A stretch of 47,250 bases of DNA, taken from UHGV virus genome UHGV-1363746; one strand, written 5' to 3'. The position numbers and the translations under genes are program-made. This document shows positions 19,084 through 28,295 of the stretch, one piece after another; the stretch's first letter is position 1, and every line of letters starts with the position of its first letter. The notes beneath the pieces were generated by a model that was not told the origin of the DNA, did not search any database, and was given only the letters and a program-made list of their open reading frames with translations. Source of the stretch: a virus.

Positions 19084-19396
19084 AATGCTGCCACTCCCTT
19101 TTAACCCACGCTATGCGATTCTTGTTGGTGTGAATTGCCCCGTTAATACATTCCAAACAGTATGAGTTATCTGCGTTATTAAACGGGTAATCACGGCTTA
19201 GTCCGGCCTTAATGAATTGCGATTTCATTAACTGCAACGTCATATCCCTTACCGGGAATATGCAACCTTTACTTGTAAGGTACGAGCATGAAGAACCGCA
19301 AAGCCCGCTGCGACGACTAAATGGCTCACCTTCTGGTGCGCCAGCATCAATCCAGTCGGAATATGCTTTATAAAACTCAGCTAATTGATTAAACAT
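19076..19396 (-). CDS. hypothetical Cys-rich protein
   Basis: Start MFNQLAEFYKAY. Contains a CLEC motif. Confidence 0.4.
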   Translation of the reverse strand: MFNQLAEFYKAYSDWIDAGAPEGEPFSRRSGLCGSSCSYLTSKGCIFPVRDMTLQLMKSQFIKAGLSRDYPFNNADNSYCLECINGAIHTNKNRIAWVKREWQHYV

Positions 19397-19496
19397 AATG
19401 CACAACTCCTGCGATAGCAGCCACCAGTGCCAGAGTATAAACAGCAAGAAAGATTTTAGCGCCAGTGGTGTATCGGCGTCGTTGGTGTTTGGTCAT
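19389..19496 (-). CDS. 35-aa single-TM peptide
   Basis: RBS GTGGAG. Product MTKHQRRRYTTGAKIFLAVYTLALVAAIAGVVHYV. Confidence 0.3.
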   Translation of the reverse strand: MTKHQRRRYTTGAKIFLAVYTLALVAAIAGVVHYV

Positions 19497-19559
19497 CTCA
19501 ATATCTCCACTAAAGCGTGCGCCACATAGAGCGCACTGATAATTAATATGAACGGGTAG

Positions 19560-19760
19560 CTATTCACTTTTAGCCAGGCTTTCGAATTGCTGGTTGGTGT
19601 TATCCGTTTCCGGTTCTGAGCCATGAAGTTTGGCTGCGCGGCATGCGTTCACATCACCGTAAATCTGACCGATTAGATTAAATCCTTTCATGGGCCAGCC
19701 AGCAGGAGAATAAGCAACCGCGCCATCATCGGACACGAATAAAAAGCCAACTGGTTTCAA
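19560..19760 (-). CDS. hypothetical protein
   Basis: 66-aa ORF. Confidence 0.35.
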   Translation of the reverse strand: MKPVGFLFVSDDGAVAYSPAGWPMKGFNLIGQIYGDVNACRAAKLHGSEPETDNTNQQFESLAKSE

Positions 19761-19808
19761 ATCATGAACAGATACCGGAGTTGACTGGGCGGTGTAAAGC
19801 GGCTTAAT

Positions 19809-20042
19809 TTACAAGGCTGTATCCGCTTTGTACGCAATCGCCTGTGTCATGTTTTCCAGAAGTTGCGTGCCAACCATATACGCCACAGGCTCTGCTTCGA
19901 GCGATGCCAGCGCGATACGCGCATTATTAATCAGGAGGCTATCAGCAGGAGATAAAACAACATGAGCGTTACCCTCCGCATCAATTTCAGAATTCGTAAT
20001 TTTTCTGAACAGCTTTGCCAGTTCTCTGGTAATAGTGCTCAT
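19809..20042 (-). CDS. hypothetical protein
   Basis: 77-aa ORF. Confidence 0.4.
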   Translation of the reverse strand: MSTITRELAKLFRKITNSEIDAEGNAHVVLSPADSLLINNARIALASLEAEPVAYMVGTQLLENMTQAIAYKADTAL

Positions 20043-20317
20043 GGGCGAATCTCCGTCCTGCCACCAAGTAAGCGGATTGCCACTCGTTCCCGGAAGGTAA
20101 GCGGTCGATGGTGTCCGCGGGCATTAACAATTTCAGGCTTTCCATTAGGCGGATAATTGACCCTGACCGATTGACCATCTAGCGCGTGAGAAGCCTCGAG
20201 TAGTGCTGACTTTAAGTGCGCAGGGCATTCTTTCTGCACCAGCTCGCCGTCTGAAATGACACCTGCAATCCCCTGAAGCATGCTGGCTAAATTGCTGAGA
20301 TAATTTTTCACATTCAC
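20039..20317 (-). CDS. hypothetical protein
   Basis: 92-aa ORF, ATGA-coupled. Confidence 0.4.
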   Translation of the reverse strand: MNVKNYLSNLASMLQGIAGVISDGELVQKECPAHLKSALLEASHALDGQSVRVNYPPNGKPEIVNARGHHRPLTFRERVAIRLLGGRTEIRP

Positions 20318-20820
20318 TCTCCTTTACCGGTGCCAGCGGCTGGCATATCGCACATGTTAGTTGGATGCGGGTTCTCGCGAATAATCCGCGCCATTCGAGC
20401 CGCAGGGGTTTCTGTTTCTTCGTTGAACTCGCGAATTACAGCAGCCAACTTGTCAGCGTCAGCAGGCGATATATCGCCATCAATAAACATCACTGGCTTA
20501 CACTTATTCGCTTCCAGTTCAGCGATTCGCTTCTCTGCGGCTTCCAGCTCATCCAGCAGCGCCACTGAGCGCAGAGCCAATTTCGCAAGCATGTTTGTAT
20601 CCTTCAAGCTCATCAGCCAATGCCCATGATTGCTTTTGCAATACTCCATATCAGCTAATTTATTGAGCCATTCAATTTTTTCTTGATTTAACGCCTGTTT
20701 GTCGATATCACTACACTCATCCATAGACATGCCACCAAATGCAGAAATGTCATAACGCTTAACTTCACTCATACCATAACCCCATAATTTCTTCGTGATA
20801 ACCATCTTCTTCAAACTCAA
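20314..20820 (-). CDS. hypothetical coiled-coil protein
   Basis: 168-aa ORF. Alternative start at MSEVKRYD. Confidence 0.45.
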   Translation of the reverse strand: MSLKKMVITKKLWGYGMSEVKRYDISAFGGMSMDECSDIDKQALNQEKIEWLNKLADMEYCKSNHGHWLMSLKDTNMLAKLALRSVALLDELEAAEKRIAELEANKCKPVMFIDGDISPADADKLAAVIREFNEETETPAARMARIIRENPHPTNMCDMPAAGTGKGE

Positions 20821-21001
20821 TCTTTGCGATTTTTAGCGCATCATCATCGGTGATGTCAATCGCTTTGAATTTGCACTTTGCAAGCACAATGCAGCCGGAC
20901 AGGATTAGCCACTTATTCCACCAGTGCACTCGATTGATTGTCCTGCTTGCATACATTCTGTTCATCGTAAACCAGAACTCGTATGTTTTTACTTTTGCCA
21001 T
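20765..21001 (-). CDS. hypothetical protein
   Basis: 78-aa ORF. Confidence 0.35.
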   Translation of the reverse strand: MAKVKTYEFWFTMNRMYASRTINRVHWWNKWLILSGCIVLAKCKFKAIDITDDDALKIAKIEFEEDGYHEEIMGLWYE

Positions 21002-21037
21002 ATCACCACCATTAAAAATAAGATAGCTGAATCGTGT

Positions 21038-21220
21038 TCAGAACACAATAATCAGCTCATCCATTACTCTACGCTTGCCTTCACCATTAAACACGCGCAC
21101 AACTCGATTCACGCGGATAGATTCCATTGCATTGCGTGCCTGCTTGCTCATAAAGTTTTGCGCACCAACGTGGCCGAGTTCTTGTTCCAGCTTTTCTCGG
21201 CGATATATAGTTTTTGCCAT
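21038..21220 (-). CDS. hypothetical basic protein
   Basis: 60-aa ORF. Confidence 0.35.
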   Translation of the reverse strand: MAKTIYRREKLEQELGHVGAQNFMSKQARNAMESIRVNRVVRVFNGEGKRRVMDELIIVF

Positions 21221-21221
21221 T

Positions 21222-21305
21222 TTATTGCGCCTCGTAAGAGTTAGTGATTGCCTTAATGCGACGACGATACCATTGCATGATGTGCTCGTTATGCCAGTTG
21301 CTCAT
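21222..21305 (-). CDS. 27-aa peptide
   Basis: Strong RBS AAGGAG. Product MSNWHNEHIMQWYRRRIKAITNSYEAQ. Confidence 0.25.
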   Translation of the reverse strand: MSNWHNEHIMQWYRRRIKAITNSYEAQ

Positions 21306-21309
21306 TCTG

Positions 21310-21405
21310 TTACTCCTTATAACCTGATTTAGAAACTGCCACTGCGATAATGACGAACGCCACGATAACCAGACTGGCGATAAGTTCGAATGCTGCGCCT
21401 GTCAT
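21310..21405 (-). CDS. 31-aa single-TM peptide
   Basis: ATGA overlap with the upstream gene. Product MTGAAFELIASLVIVAFVIIAVAVSKSGYKE. Confidence 0.25.
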   Translation of the reverse strand: MTGAAFELIASLVIVAFVIIAVAVSKSGYKE

Positions 21406-21548
21406 TTGCTTAACCCATACACTGAGATTAAAGCCTGCATTGCTGCGCTCCAGAATGCTTCTGCTGGAATGATGTTGTTTGTGCGCTCAACTGCAATGCG
21501 CACCATAGCCTGTGCATCTTCAAATTCTTCACGGTCTTTGATTTTCAT
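21402..21548 (-). CDS. 48-aa hypothetical protein, first gene of the leftward early operon
   Basis: Product MKIKDREEFEDAQAMVRIAVERTNNIIPAEAFWSAAMQALISVYGLSK, downstream of the promoter at 21579-21607. Confidence 0.35.
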   Translation of the reverse strand: MKIKDREEFEDAQAMVRIAVERTNNIIPAEAFWSAAMQALISVYGLSK

Positions 21549-21578
21549 ATCTTCACCATCGTTTGTTTCGATGATTTC

Positions 21579-21607
21579 AATCTACATCAGTTGCAATTCT
21601 ACGTCAA
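21579..21607 (-). promoter_or_regulatory. leftward early promoter TTGACG-N17-TAGATT
   Basis: Minus strand reads TTGACGtagaattgcaactgatgTAGATT. Confidence 0.55.
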
Positions 21608-21619
21608 CAGTGGCGCGTT

Positions 21620-21990
21620 AAAAACGTGCTCGTGGGGTAAATTTTTGCTCGTGGGGCAGGTCGTGGGGAAGGTCGGTTGCCCCACGATTTTCATCGCAAA
21701 TAATTGATTTTAATGTTTTTATTTTTCGTGGGTAAAAAGGGGCAGATTTCACACCCATCCCCTTATAAATATATTCAAATAATCCATTTGTTAATATTAT
21801 GTTAATTACTATCTATAATATGAATAATAATATTACCCATTAACCCAAATAATAATAATTTTATTATATTACATATACTTAGAGTAAGGTTTCGTGGGGA
21901 AGGTTGGTTGCCCCACGCCTTACCCACGTTACCCACGCGAGTCGTATTTGATGTTGCATGATTCAATACTTATGATATGATTCAATCATA
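21620..21990. other. putative origin of replication: iterons and hairpins flanking an AT-rich core
   Basis: At least 9 copies of CGTGGG(G) or its complement. Two 27-nt hairpins, cgtggggaaggtYggttgccccacg, at 21660-21687 and 21892-21918 bracket a core of about 130 bp with more than 80% AT (21760-21890). Two direct ATGATTCAAT repeats at 21958-21986. Confidence 0.5.
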
Positions 21991-22014
21991 ATTTGTTGCT
22001 ACTGGAGGATTTTG

Positions 22015-22232
22015 TGAAACTTGATAAGTACGGCAAAAAGAATGCAGCTCTTTCTGGGTTATCGGTGGTTTCAGTAGGGGAGACTGTGATGATTGACTCG
22101 AAGAGGTTTGGAGGCATTGCAAACCTGAGGAACGCATTAAACTACTTCATGCGCAGGAATGAAGGCATGAAATTCTCAACAAAGGTTGGATACCCTGATA
22201 AAGACATGGTTTACGTAAAAAGGATTTCATGA
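22015..22232 (+). CDS. hypothetical small protein (GTG start)
   Basis: GGAGG RBS 5 nt before the GTG. 72 aa. Confidence 0.35.
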
Positions 22233-23785
22233 TGATCACAGCGCAAGATATCTTCAATGAAGCAAGGGAATTAAAAGTATCTCCTGCTCGCGTCGCCTTC
22301 CATCATGGCATGACACCAAGCTCAAATATGTGGCTTGACATCAAGGAAGGTAAGGAGCGTGATGTAACGTACTCAGAAACAGAACTCACCAGTGAGAACC
22401 GGACTGATTTGCTGTCTCGTTATGCAATCGCTGCAGCTCGTGCCGTTCAGTTCCCAATAAATACATCGTTCATGCATTTGCTTGGTTGCGTAGCAAGCGC
22501 AATGACGAGAAACTTTAGCGTTGAGTATTACCATTCAGAACTTCCAGTTTCTCTTTACGTGGTTACTTCTCAGCCCCCATCGGCAGGGAAAACCGCTATC
22601 AACTCAATGCATATGAATCCGGTGAAGATTGAATATGACAACCTTTCCAAAAAGATGGAAAAGCAAATCATAAAAATAAATCTTCGCATCGAAGAGCTGA
22701 TGAAGGCATACAAAGAGGCCAGTAATCAGAATGCAAAGGCACTAATCGGAGATGATATTGCTCGTGAAAAGGAGAAGCTGGAAGAGCTTTATACGATTAC
22801 ATATCCACTTACTGACGCAACTCCAGAGGCTGTCCAGCATCAGGCAATCCATGAGGGTGGTTTTTTTAATCTGATAAGTGACGAGGCCAGCGTTCTTAAC
22901 ACATGTCTTGGCCTCTCTTACGGAAAGGAAGGTGGAAAGGCAAACGCCGAAGTCATCCTGAAGGGATGGGATGGTGGATTTATTGGTTCTGCCCGTGTTG
23001 GTCGTGGCGTTTCATCTGGTTACGTACTTGGAAACATAAGTGTGATTGCTCAGGATGAAAGTATTGATGCCATTCTTGCTGCTGGCGACAGGGGGAACGG
23101 TCTTTCTGAACGTTTCCTGATGTTGCGAGAGCAATCAATGCTTGGCTATCGCGAACACTGGGACATGGTTAATGACTGCCCTGTAAGCAAGCCAATGCCA
23201 GACAGCTTGAGGTCGGAATATGCAAGATTTATACATAATGTTGTGTCAGCAGAAAAAACAAGACTCACGCTTCACAACGATTCAGCAAGAATGATTGGCC
23301 TGTTACGAAATCAATGGGAGAAAAACTTCCTTCCCGGCGGTAAGTGGGATCACGTCCTTCTTCGTGGTGCGATGGGTAAAGCTGATAAGCAAATAATCCG
23401 TCTGGCAGCAATATTTCACGCTGCTGAAAACTGGTGCGATGGAGGGAAACGTTCAAAAATTATCGGTGAAAATGAAATTAGTCGCGCCATCAGTGTTTAT
23501 GACGCACTGACAAAAACATTCACCGACGCCGTTGAATCAAATGGGTATGCCGGTGAACGATCGGAGTTTGATGTTGTTGCCGAAAAGCTACGCTCTGCCG
23601 CTCAGAAAGGAAAAACAAACGTAACGGTGAAGTGGCTTTATGATTCACTTAAAAACGTGCGACCATTCAAGGGGATACCTAAAATTTATGACCGTCTCAG
23701 ATCAAGTGTATTGCCATCACTTGAAGAGGATGGTTACTGCGTATTTATCGGAAACACTGTTCACATAAATCCGAGGTTGAAATGA
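22229..23785 (+). CDS. putative replication initiation / primase-associated protein
   Basis: 518 aa, first large gene next to the ori-like region. The degenerate P-loop-like YVVTSQPPSAGKT was not verified. Confidence 0.3.
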   Translation: MMITAQDIFNEARELKVSPARVAFHHGMTPSSNMWLDIKEGKERDVTYSETELTSENRTDLLSRYAIAAARAVQFPINTSFMHLLGCVASAMTRNFSVEYYHSELPVSLYVVTSQPPSAGKTAINSMHMNPVKIEYDNLSKKMEKQIIKINLRIEELMKAYKEASNQNAKALIGDDIAREKEKLEELYTITYPLTDATPEAVQHQAIHEGGFFNLISDEASVLNTCLGLSYGKEGGKANAEVILKGWDGGFIGSARVGRGVSSGYVLGNISVIAQDESIDAILAAGDRGNGLSERFLMLREQSMLGYREHWDMVNDCPVSKPMPDSLRSEYARFIHNVVSAEKTRLTLHNDSARMIGLLRNQWEKNFLPGGKWDHVLLRGAMGKADKQIIRLAAIFHAAENWCDGGKRSKIIGENEISRAISVYDALTKTFTDAVESNGYAGERSEFDVVAEKLRSAAQKGKTNVTVKWLYDSLKNVRPFKGIPKIYDRLRSSVLPSLEEDGYCVFIGNTVHINPRLK

Positions 23786-23979
23786 TTCCAGAAGATGATT
23801 GGTATGATGTTGAATGGTTTGATTGCTATCTGTGGAGGCCGCAAATAGGAAGAAATGTTGTGGCATTAACTGTTGATGGTGAAAGAATTCACGCAATTTA
23901 TGATGGTAATAAATTTTTATCATCAAATGATTTGGTTGAAATAATTCGCGTTGTATATTGGTGTTATGAGGATGTTTGA
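23782..23979 (+). CDS. hypothetical protein
   Basis: 65-aa ORF. Confidence 0.4.
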   Translation: MIPEDDWYDVEWFDCYLWRPQIGRNVVALTVDGERIHAIYDGNKFLSSNDLVEIIRVVYWCYEDV

Positions 23980-24397
23980 AGTGAGCAAAACGCACGAACT
24001 AAAAATCTTACCTGAACACTTCTGGCCTGTAGTTACCGGACACAAGAAGGCGGAACTAAGAAAGAACGATCGTGATTTTAAGGTTGGAGACACGATTATT
24101 CTTTATGAGTGGAATGGAGACTACACGGGAGAGAGAACGGAGCGAACCATAGTTCACATTGCTGATGTCGGCGCTTACCTTCCTGGCTATGTTCTTCTTT
24201 CCCTTAATGAGATTGCTAACTGGAAGGATGCGCGTCTTTTCGACCCTAAAGATGGACAGGAGGTTGTTATTATTGATGCTGATCGCGTCAAGGTTACTGC
24301 CAAGTATGATGACTCAGGAATATACTGGTGTAATCACACTGGTAAGTCGCTGCGAAATGTAGCCTTCTGGACTGAAGCGCCAGAGTTCAAGGAATAA
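23966..24397 (+). CDS. ASCH-like DUF3850 protein
   Basis: HELKILPEHFWPVVTGHKKAELRKNDRDFKVGDTIILYEW matches the DUF3850/ASCH signature. Confidence 0.55.
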   Translation: MRMFEVSKTHELKILPEHFWPVVTGHKKAELRKNDRDFKVGDTIILYEWNGDYTGERTERTIVHIADVGAYLPGYVLLSLNEIANWKDARLFDPKDGQEVVIIDADRVKVTAKYDDSGIYWCNHTGKSLRNVAFWTEAPEFKE

Positions 24398-24427
24398 CAA
24401 AAACCCTCCGATTGGAGGGTTTCTTTT
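24398..24427. terminator. bidirectional rho-independent terminator
   Basis: aaaaaccctccgattggagggtttctttt, between convergent genes. Confidence 0.6.
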
Positions 24428-25379
24428 ATCTGATGACTGACATTTTCTCTATCAACTCGCCAGCGTCATAAATCTTTCTCCTGATTCTCTTCGCCATCCT
24501 GATTGTGTCAGCATCATCAGGCAGCATTACCGGAAGTCCTGCATTTTCTGCAGCGCAAAGTTCGTCAAATTTATAATTAACTATGCAGCGCAACCGTGCT
24601 TTCACATCATCGCTAACCGAGCGCACAACCTCCCACATGTTTTCTGGCGACCAGCAGCACCAGACATGAGCGCCAGTGAAGTAATGGCACTTCCACGCAT
24701 CGGCATAATCAGATACCAGGTAAATGAACTTTCCGTTATCTTCTCCGATAGGGCTTATCGCGCCGCGCGTGAGCTTTCCGTTGATAGCTGAGTCTTTGTT
24801 GTATCCTGCGCGGAAAAAAGCTCTGAATGAATCACCATCCATGCCAATGAATGCCACGTTGCACGGCTTCATTGTGTCAGCGCGCATCAACTCAACGGCA
24901 ATAAGCTCACCAGATTTCCCTCTGACGACGTTAACGTCGCAACCAATACCATTTATCAAACTCCACTCATTCATCGCGACACGCGTCGTTTTAGCTATGA
25001 TCGCGGCGACTTCCTGCTCGGTGATGAAGTCATCATTGTAATTTATCTTCGGCAGTTCCTTCCTGATTGCCTCCAGTTTTTCGCGCGGGTGCATGTTCAG
25101 GAATCCTCCCAGCGCCTCCAGTGCTTCGGGAAAACTCATGCCTGAGAGTTTCATCAGCCAGTTCATGCCGCTACCGGAACCGCACTGATTGCAGATTGCG
25201 CCGCCATCGCCTTTTGTTTCGAAGTTATCATCAAAACGATACCTGTCTTTGCCTGAGCATGACGGGCATGGCTGGTGCTTGCCATTGAAAACTCTGCTAT
25301 CCACATTGACGATAGACATGATGGCAGCTTGCCAATTTCCGAGCATTTTTGGCTCAATGTCTTTCCAGTCGTATCTCAT
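24426..25379 (-). CDS. DNA primase (zinc-ribbon plus Toprim-like)
   Basis: CPSCSGKDRYRF...CNQCGSGSG zinc ribbon, with an acidic Toprim-like YLVSDYADAW. Start at MRYDWKD. Confidence 0.5.
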   Translation of the reverse strand: MRYDWKDIEPKMLGNWQAAIMSIVNVDSRVFNGKHQPCPSCSGKDRYRFDDNFETKGDGGAICNQCGSGSGMNWLMKLSGMSFPEALEALGGFLNMHPREKLEAIRKELPKINYNDDFITEQEVAAIIAKTTRVAMNEWSLINGIGCDVNVVRGKSGELIAVELMRADTMKPCNVAFIGMDGDSFRAFFRAGYNKDSAINGKLTRGAISPIGEDNGKFIYLVSDYADAWKCHYFTGAHVWCCWSPENMWEVVRSVSDDVKARLRCIVNYKFDELCAAENAGLPVMLPDDADTIRMAKRIRRKIYDAGELIEKMSVIR

Positions 25380-25382
25380 AAA

Positions 25383-25417
25383 TTGACCCTTGATTGTTGG
25401 TGTAGATTGAGTATAAG
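25383..25417 (+). promoter_or_regulatory. rightward early promoter upstream of the helicase
   Basis: TTGACCcTTGATTgttggTGTAGATTgagTATAAG. Downstream leader TGACGTAGAAACATCAACAAAGG. Confidence 0.45.
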
Positions 25418-25454
25418 CTAACTGACGTAGAAACATCAACAAAGGTTAGTTGCT

Positions 25455-27368
25455 ATGACGCATAAAATAGACAAGATGATTTCAGAGATTGATATTAACT
25501 TGCTGAAATCCTATCTGGATACTGGTGATATCGAGCCAAGACCCTATCAGTGGTTGATATATAAGTTAACTGGTGATGTGATTCGTCATTATGTTGGCCC
25601 GAGTTATGTAACAGCAAGCGTCGGTAGCGGAAAGTCACTGATGATTGCCATGATAGCAAAGCGTTTTCAGGAAATGGGCTATTCAGGGATGATTTTATCA
25701 AGACAGGGCGAAATAGTGGAGCAAGATGCGGAAGAGCTATGGGCGCTTGGTGTTAGAAACTCACTATTCAGTGCTTCGTTGGGCAGGAAAAGTTCTACGT
25801 ACCCAATAATCTGTGGCTCCGAGGGTACCGTTGTAAATGCTTTGTTTGATAAAAAGGATGAGTCAGGGAATGTTATTGCAAAAGGTGCTCTTTCTGACTT
25901 TTGCCCGAGATTTCTGCTGATAGATGAAAATCATATGGTTAATGACATTGATGTTGTTAATGATGGTGATACGCAGTATGCAGTGATAATTAATGAGCTA
26001 ATGAAAAGGTGCAAAGATAAGCACGGCCATGAGTTGAGAATAATAGGTTATACAGGTTCACCGTTTCGCGGAACTACATCAATAAAAGGCGCTTTCTGGA
26101 AGAAAGAGATTATCAACATAGACACCAAGTACATGGTTGAAAACGGTTTTCTTGTGCCAACAATTTTTGGTCTTCATGATGTTGATAGTCTGCATTATGA
26201 CCTTTCAGATTTTCATGGTTCAGATGTTGATGGTACTCAGGACTTTACCGCCGAGCAGCTCAAGCAGATGCAGAAAGAAATTCTTGAGCAAGGTACGTTG
26301 ACGCAGAAAATCATGCTCAAGGTTATGGAATTGACTAAAAACAGGAACGGAGTGCTGATTACATGTGCTGGTAAAAAGCATTGTCAGGAGGCGGCAAAGT
26401 ATTTGCCTGAAGGAAGTTATTCAATAGTTACAGAAGATATGGGGTCAAAAGCCAGAAGGAAGGCTCTAAAAGATGCATACACCGGGCGCAAAAAATTCAC
26501 ATTCCAGATAGCCGCCCTTACCACTGGCGTAAATATACCGTTATGGGATACGAGCTGCATATTACGAAAAATAATGTCACTCACTCTTCTTGTCCAGTTG
26601 CTTGGTCGCGGAATGCGCCTGCTGAAGAAGGAGCAAATTGATGCCGGGTATCATAAAGAGGACCATCTGGTTCTTGATTTCTCAGGAACGATGTTTGAGC
26701 TTGGTCAGCTATATGAAGACCCAATCCTTGAAGAGGCTGAAGCGCAACGTTCAAAACGCAGTGGCGAACAGGTTCCGTGTCCTAAGTGCGGGACAATGAA
26801 CAGCCCATATGCGCGCCGTTGCATTGGCAAAGATGCACTATCTCCAGATGGTCGTTGCGAAGAGTTTTTCAGTTACATCCGTTGCGGTTTTGATAAGCAC
26901 GGAATCCGTATTTTTGATGATGGATGCGGCACTAAAAACGACCCGACTGCGCGCTATTGCCGACATTGCGATCATGTTTTGCGCGACCCGAATGCGACAC
27001 TGAATGAGCGCGCGTATACGGATAATGAGTGGGCTGAAGTTAAAGACTTCAAGATTGAATTAACGAAAGATGAAAAAGGTGTTGTTTATCGTTATTTCAT
27101 TATGAAGGAAAACGGGAGGGAAGGATGGGCTAATGAGGTCTTTTATCCTTTTGGGAGACAAGAGAAGTATCTGAAAAATCAGTTCAAGATTAAAGGTTTG
27201 TTAAATCATGTGTCAGACAGGAATCTAATTGATAACCTTATGAATTGCCACAACGCAAAAGCATTCATGGCGTTTACTGGCCTTATCCGCGCACCAAAGC
27301 GCATCACGCACCGGTTTAACGATAAAGGCCGAGACATAATCCACAGAAAAGATTTTACAGGAGAGTAG
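25455..27368 (+). CDS. SF2 DEXH-box helicase with C-terminal zinc ribbons
   Basis: Walker A VGSGKS, motif II LLIDENH, and CPKCG/CRHC zinc ribbons. Confidence 0.75.
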   Translation: MTHKIDKMISEIDINLLKSYLDTGDIEPRPYQWLIYKLTGDVIRHYVGPSYVTASVGSGKSLMIAMIAKRFQEMGYSGMILSRQGEIVEQDAEELWALGVRNSLFSASLGRKSSTYPIICGSEGTVVNALFDKKDESGNVIAKGALSDFCPRFLLIDENHMVNDIDVVNDGDTQYAVIINELMKRCKDKHGHELRIIGYTGSPFRGTTSIKGAFWKKEIINIDTKYMVENGFLVPTIFGLHDVDSLHYDLSDFHGSDVDGTQDFTAEQLKQMQKEILEQGTLTQKIMLKVMELTKNRNGVLITCAGKKHCQEAAKYLPEGSYSIVTEDMGSKARRKALKDAYTGRKKFTFQIAALTTGVNIPLWDTSCILRKIMSLTLLVQLLGRGMRLLKKEQIDAGYHKEDHLVLDFSGTMFELGQLYEDPILEEAEAQRSKRSGEQVPCPKCGTMNSPYARRCIGKDALSPDGRCEEFFSYIRCGFDKHGIRIFDDGCGTKNDPTARYCRHCDHVLRDPNATLNERAYTDNEWAEVKDFKIELTKDEKGVVYRYFIMKENGREGWANEVFYPFGRQEKYLKNQFKIKGLLNHVSDRNLIDNLMNCHNAKAFMAFTGLIRAPKRITHRFNDKGRDIIHRKDFTGE

Positions 27369-27369
27369 A

Positions 27370-27810
27370 GTGAAAAAGCGATTCAAGCAGCATGAGCTGA
27401 GTGACAAGGTATTAATTTTTGATGATGGTTACCGTGGCGAGTGTCCGCATGAGGATTCAGACTTGATAGCGTTTAAGTGGTGGATGGATTACCGGTTTCC
27501 TGATGTTCTGTGGTTCCATCCGTCTCAGGAGACTAAAAGCAACTCAGTGCAGCATCTGGCATCGCGCGCAAGGAAAGGTGTCAGGTCAGGGGTATCTGAT
27601 GTGATAATCCTGACTCCTGGTGGTGCGTGGCATAAAGCGACGATAGAGTTGAAGCGACACGATTCAACGCTTAGCAAATGGCAACCAGGACAGATACCGT
27701 TTCTCAACGATAGCGCCAGCGCTGGTGCATTCTCTGCGGTGGCGTGTGGACTCGACCAGATAAAGATTGCAGTGTTGACGTATTTCGGCTTGCCTTTTGA
27801 TGTGGATTGA
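27370..27810 (+). CDS. VRR-NUC domain nuclease
   Basis: PD-(D/E)XK core: SDVIIL...ATIELK. Commonly partnered with phage SF2 helicases. Confidence 0.6.
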   Translation: MKKRFKQHELSDKVLIFDDGYRGECPHEDSDLIAFKWWMDYRFPDVLWFHPSQETKSNSVQHLASRARKGVRSGVSDVIILTPGGAWHKATIELKRHDSTLSKWQPGQIPFLNDSASAGAFSAVACGLDQIKIAVLTYFGLPFDVD

Positions 27811-27818
27811 TGTAGATT
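27790..27818 (+). promoter_or_regulatory. rightward promoter TTGCCT-N17-TAGATT
   Basis: TTGCCTtttgatgtggattgatgTAGATT followed by the GAGGTGATGAAGATG leader. Confidence 0.45.
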
Positions 27819-27849
27819 CAATTGTACAATAACTAGTGAGGTGATGAAG

Positions 27850-28293
27850 ATGGGTCAGGGTGCGGAATCATGCGGTGGTTATGATTTGGAATATGACGAA
27901 TACGCAGAAAATTTGTGTTCTGGTTTCTGGGTTCAGCGCGACGGAAGTAGCATTGAAGTGTCAAAAATGGGAACTAGCCATATTAAAAACACGTTGCGCA
28001 TGGTGCGCGGACTGGCTGAGTCAGCCAACTTTACCAGCGATTCTGATAAGTGGGAGGCGTGGGCTGATATATTCGAGGCGGAGTTAGCCAGACGAATTGA
28101 CGTACCAGATAAAACCAAAACAGCACGAAATCCGAACCCAGTGCGCGGCGCTAAAGCTCAAATGGTTTGCCATTGCGGTAAGCATTATGAGGCTCGAGAG
28201 GCTGATTTGAAACGCGGGTGGGGATTGTCATGCTCCAAAAGCTGCGCAGCATTGCGTAAAACATTTAGCTTGAAAGCCGCAAAAAGGATTTAG
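27850..28293 (+). CDS. hypothetical zinc-binding protein
   Basis: The C-terminal CHCG...SCSKSC cluster suggests a zinc ribbon. 147 aa. Confidence 0.45.
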   Translation: MGQGAESCGGYDLEYDEYAENLCSGFWVQRDGSSIEVSKMGTSHIKNTLRMVRGLAESANFTSDSDKWEAWADIFEAELARRIDVPDKTKTARNPNPVRGAKAQMVCHCGKHYEAREADLKRGWGLSCSKSCAALRKTFSLKAAKRI

Positions 28294-28295
28294 TC

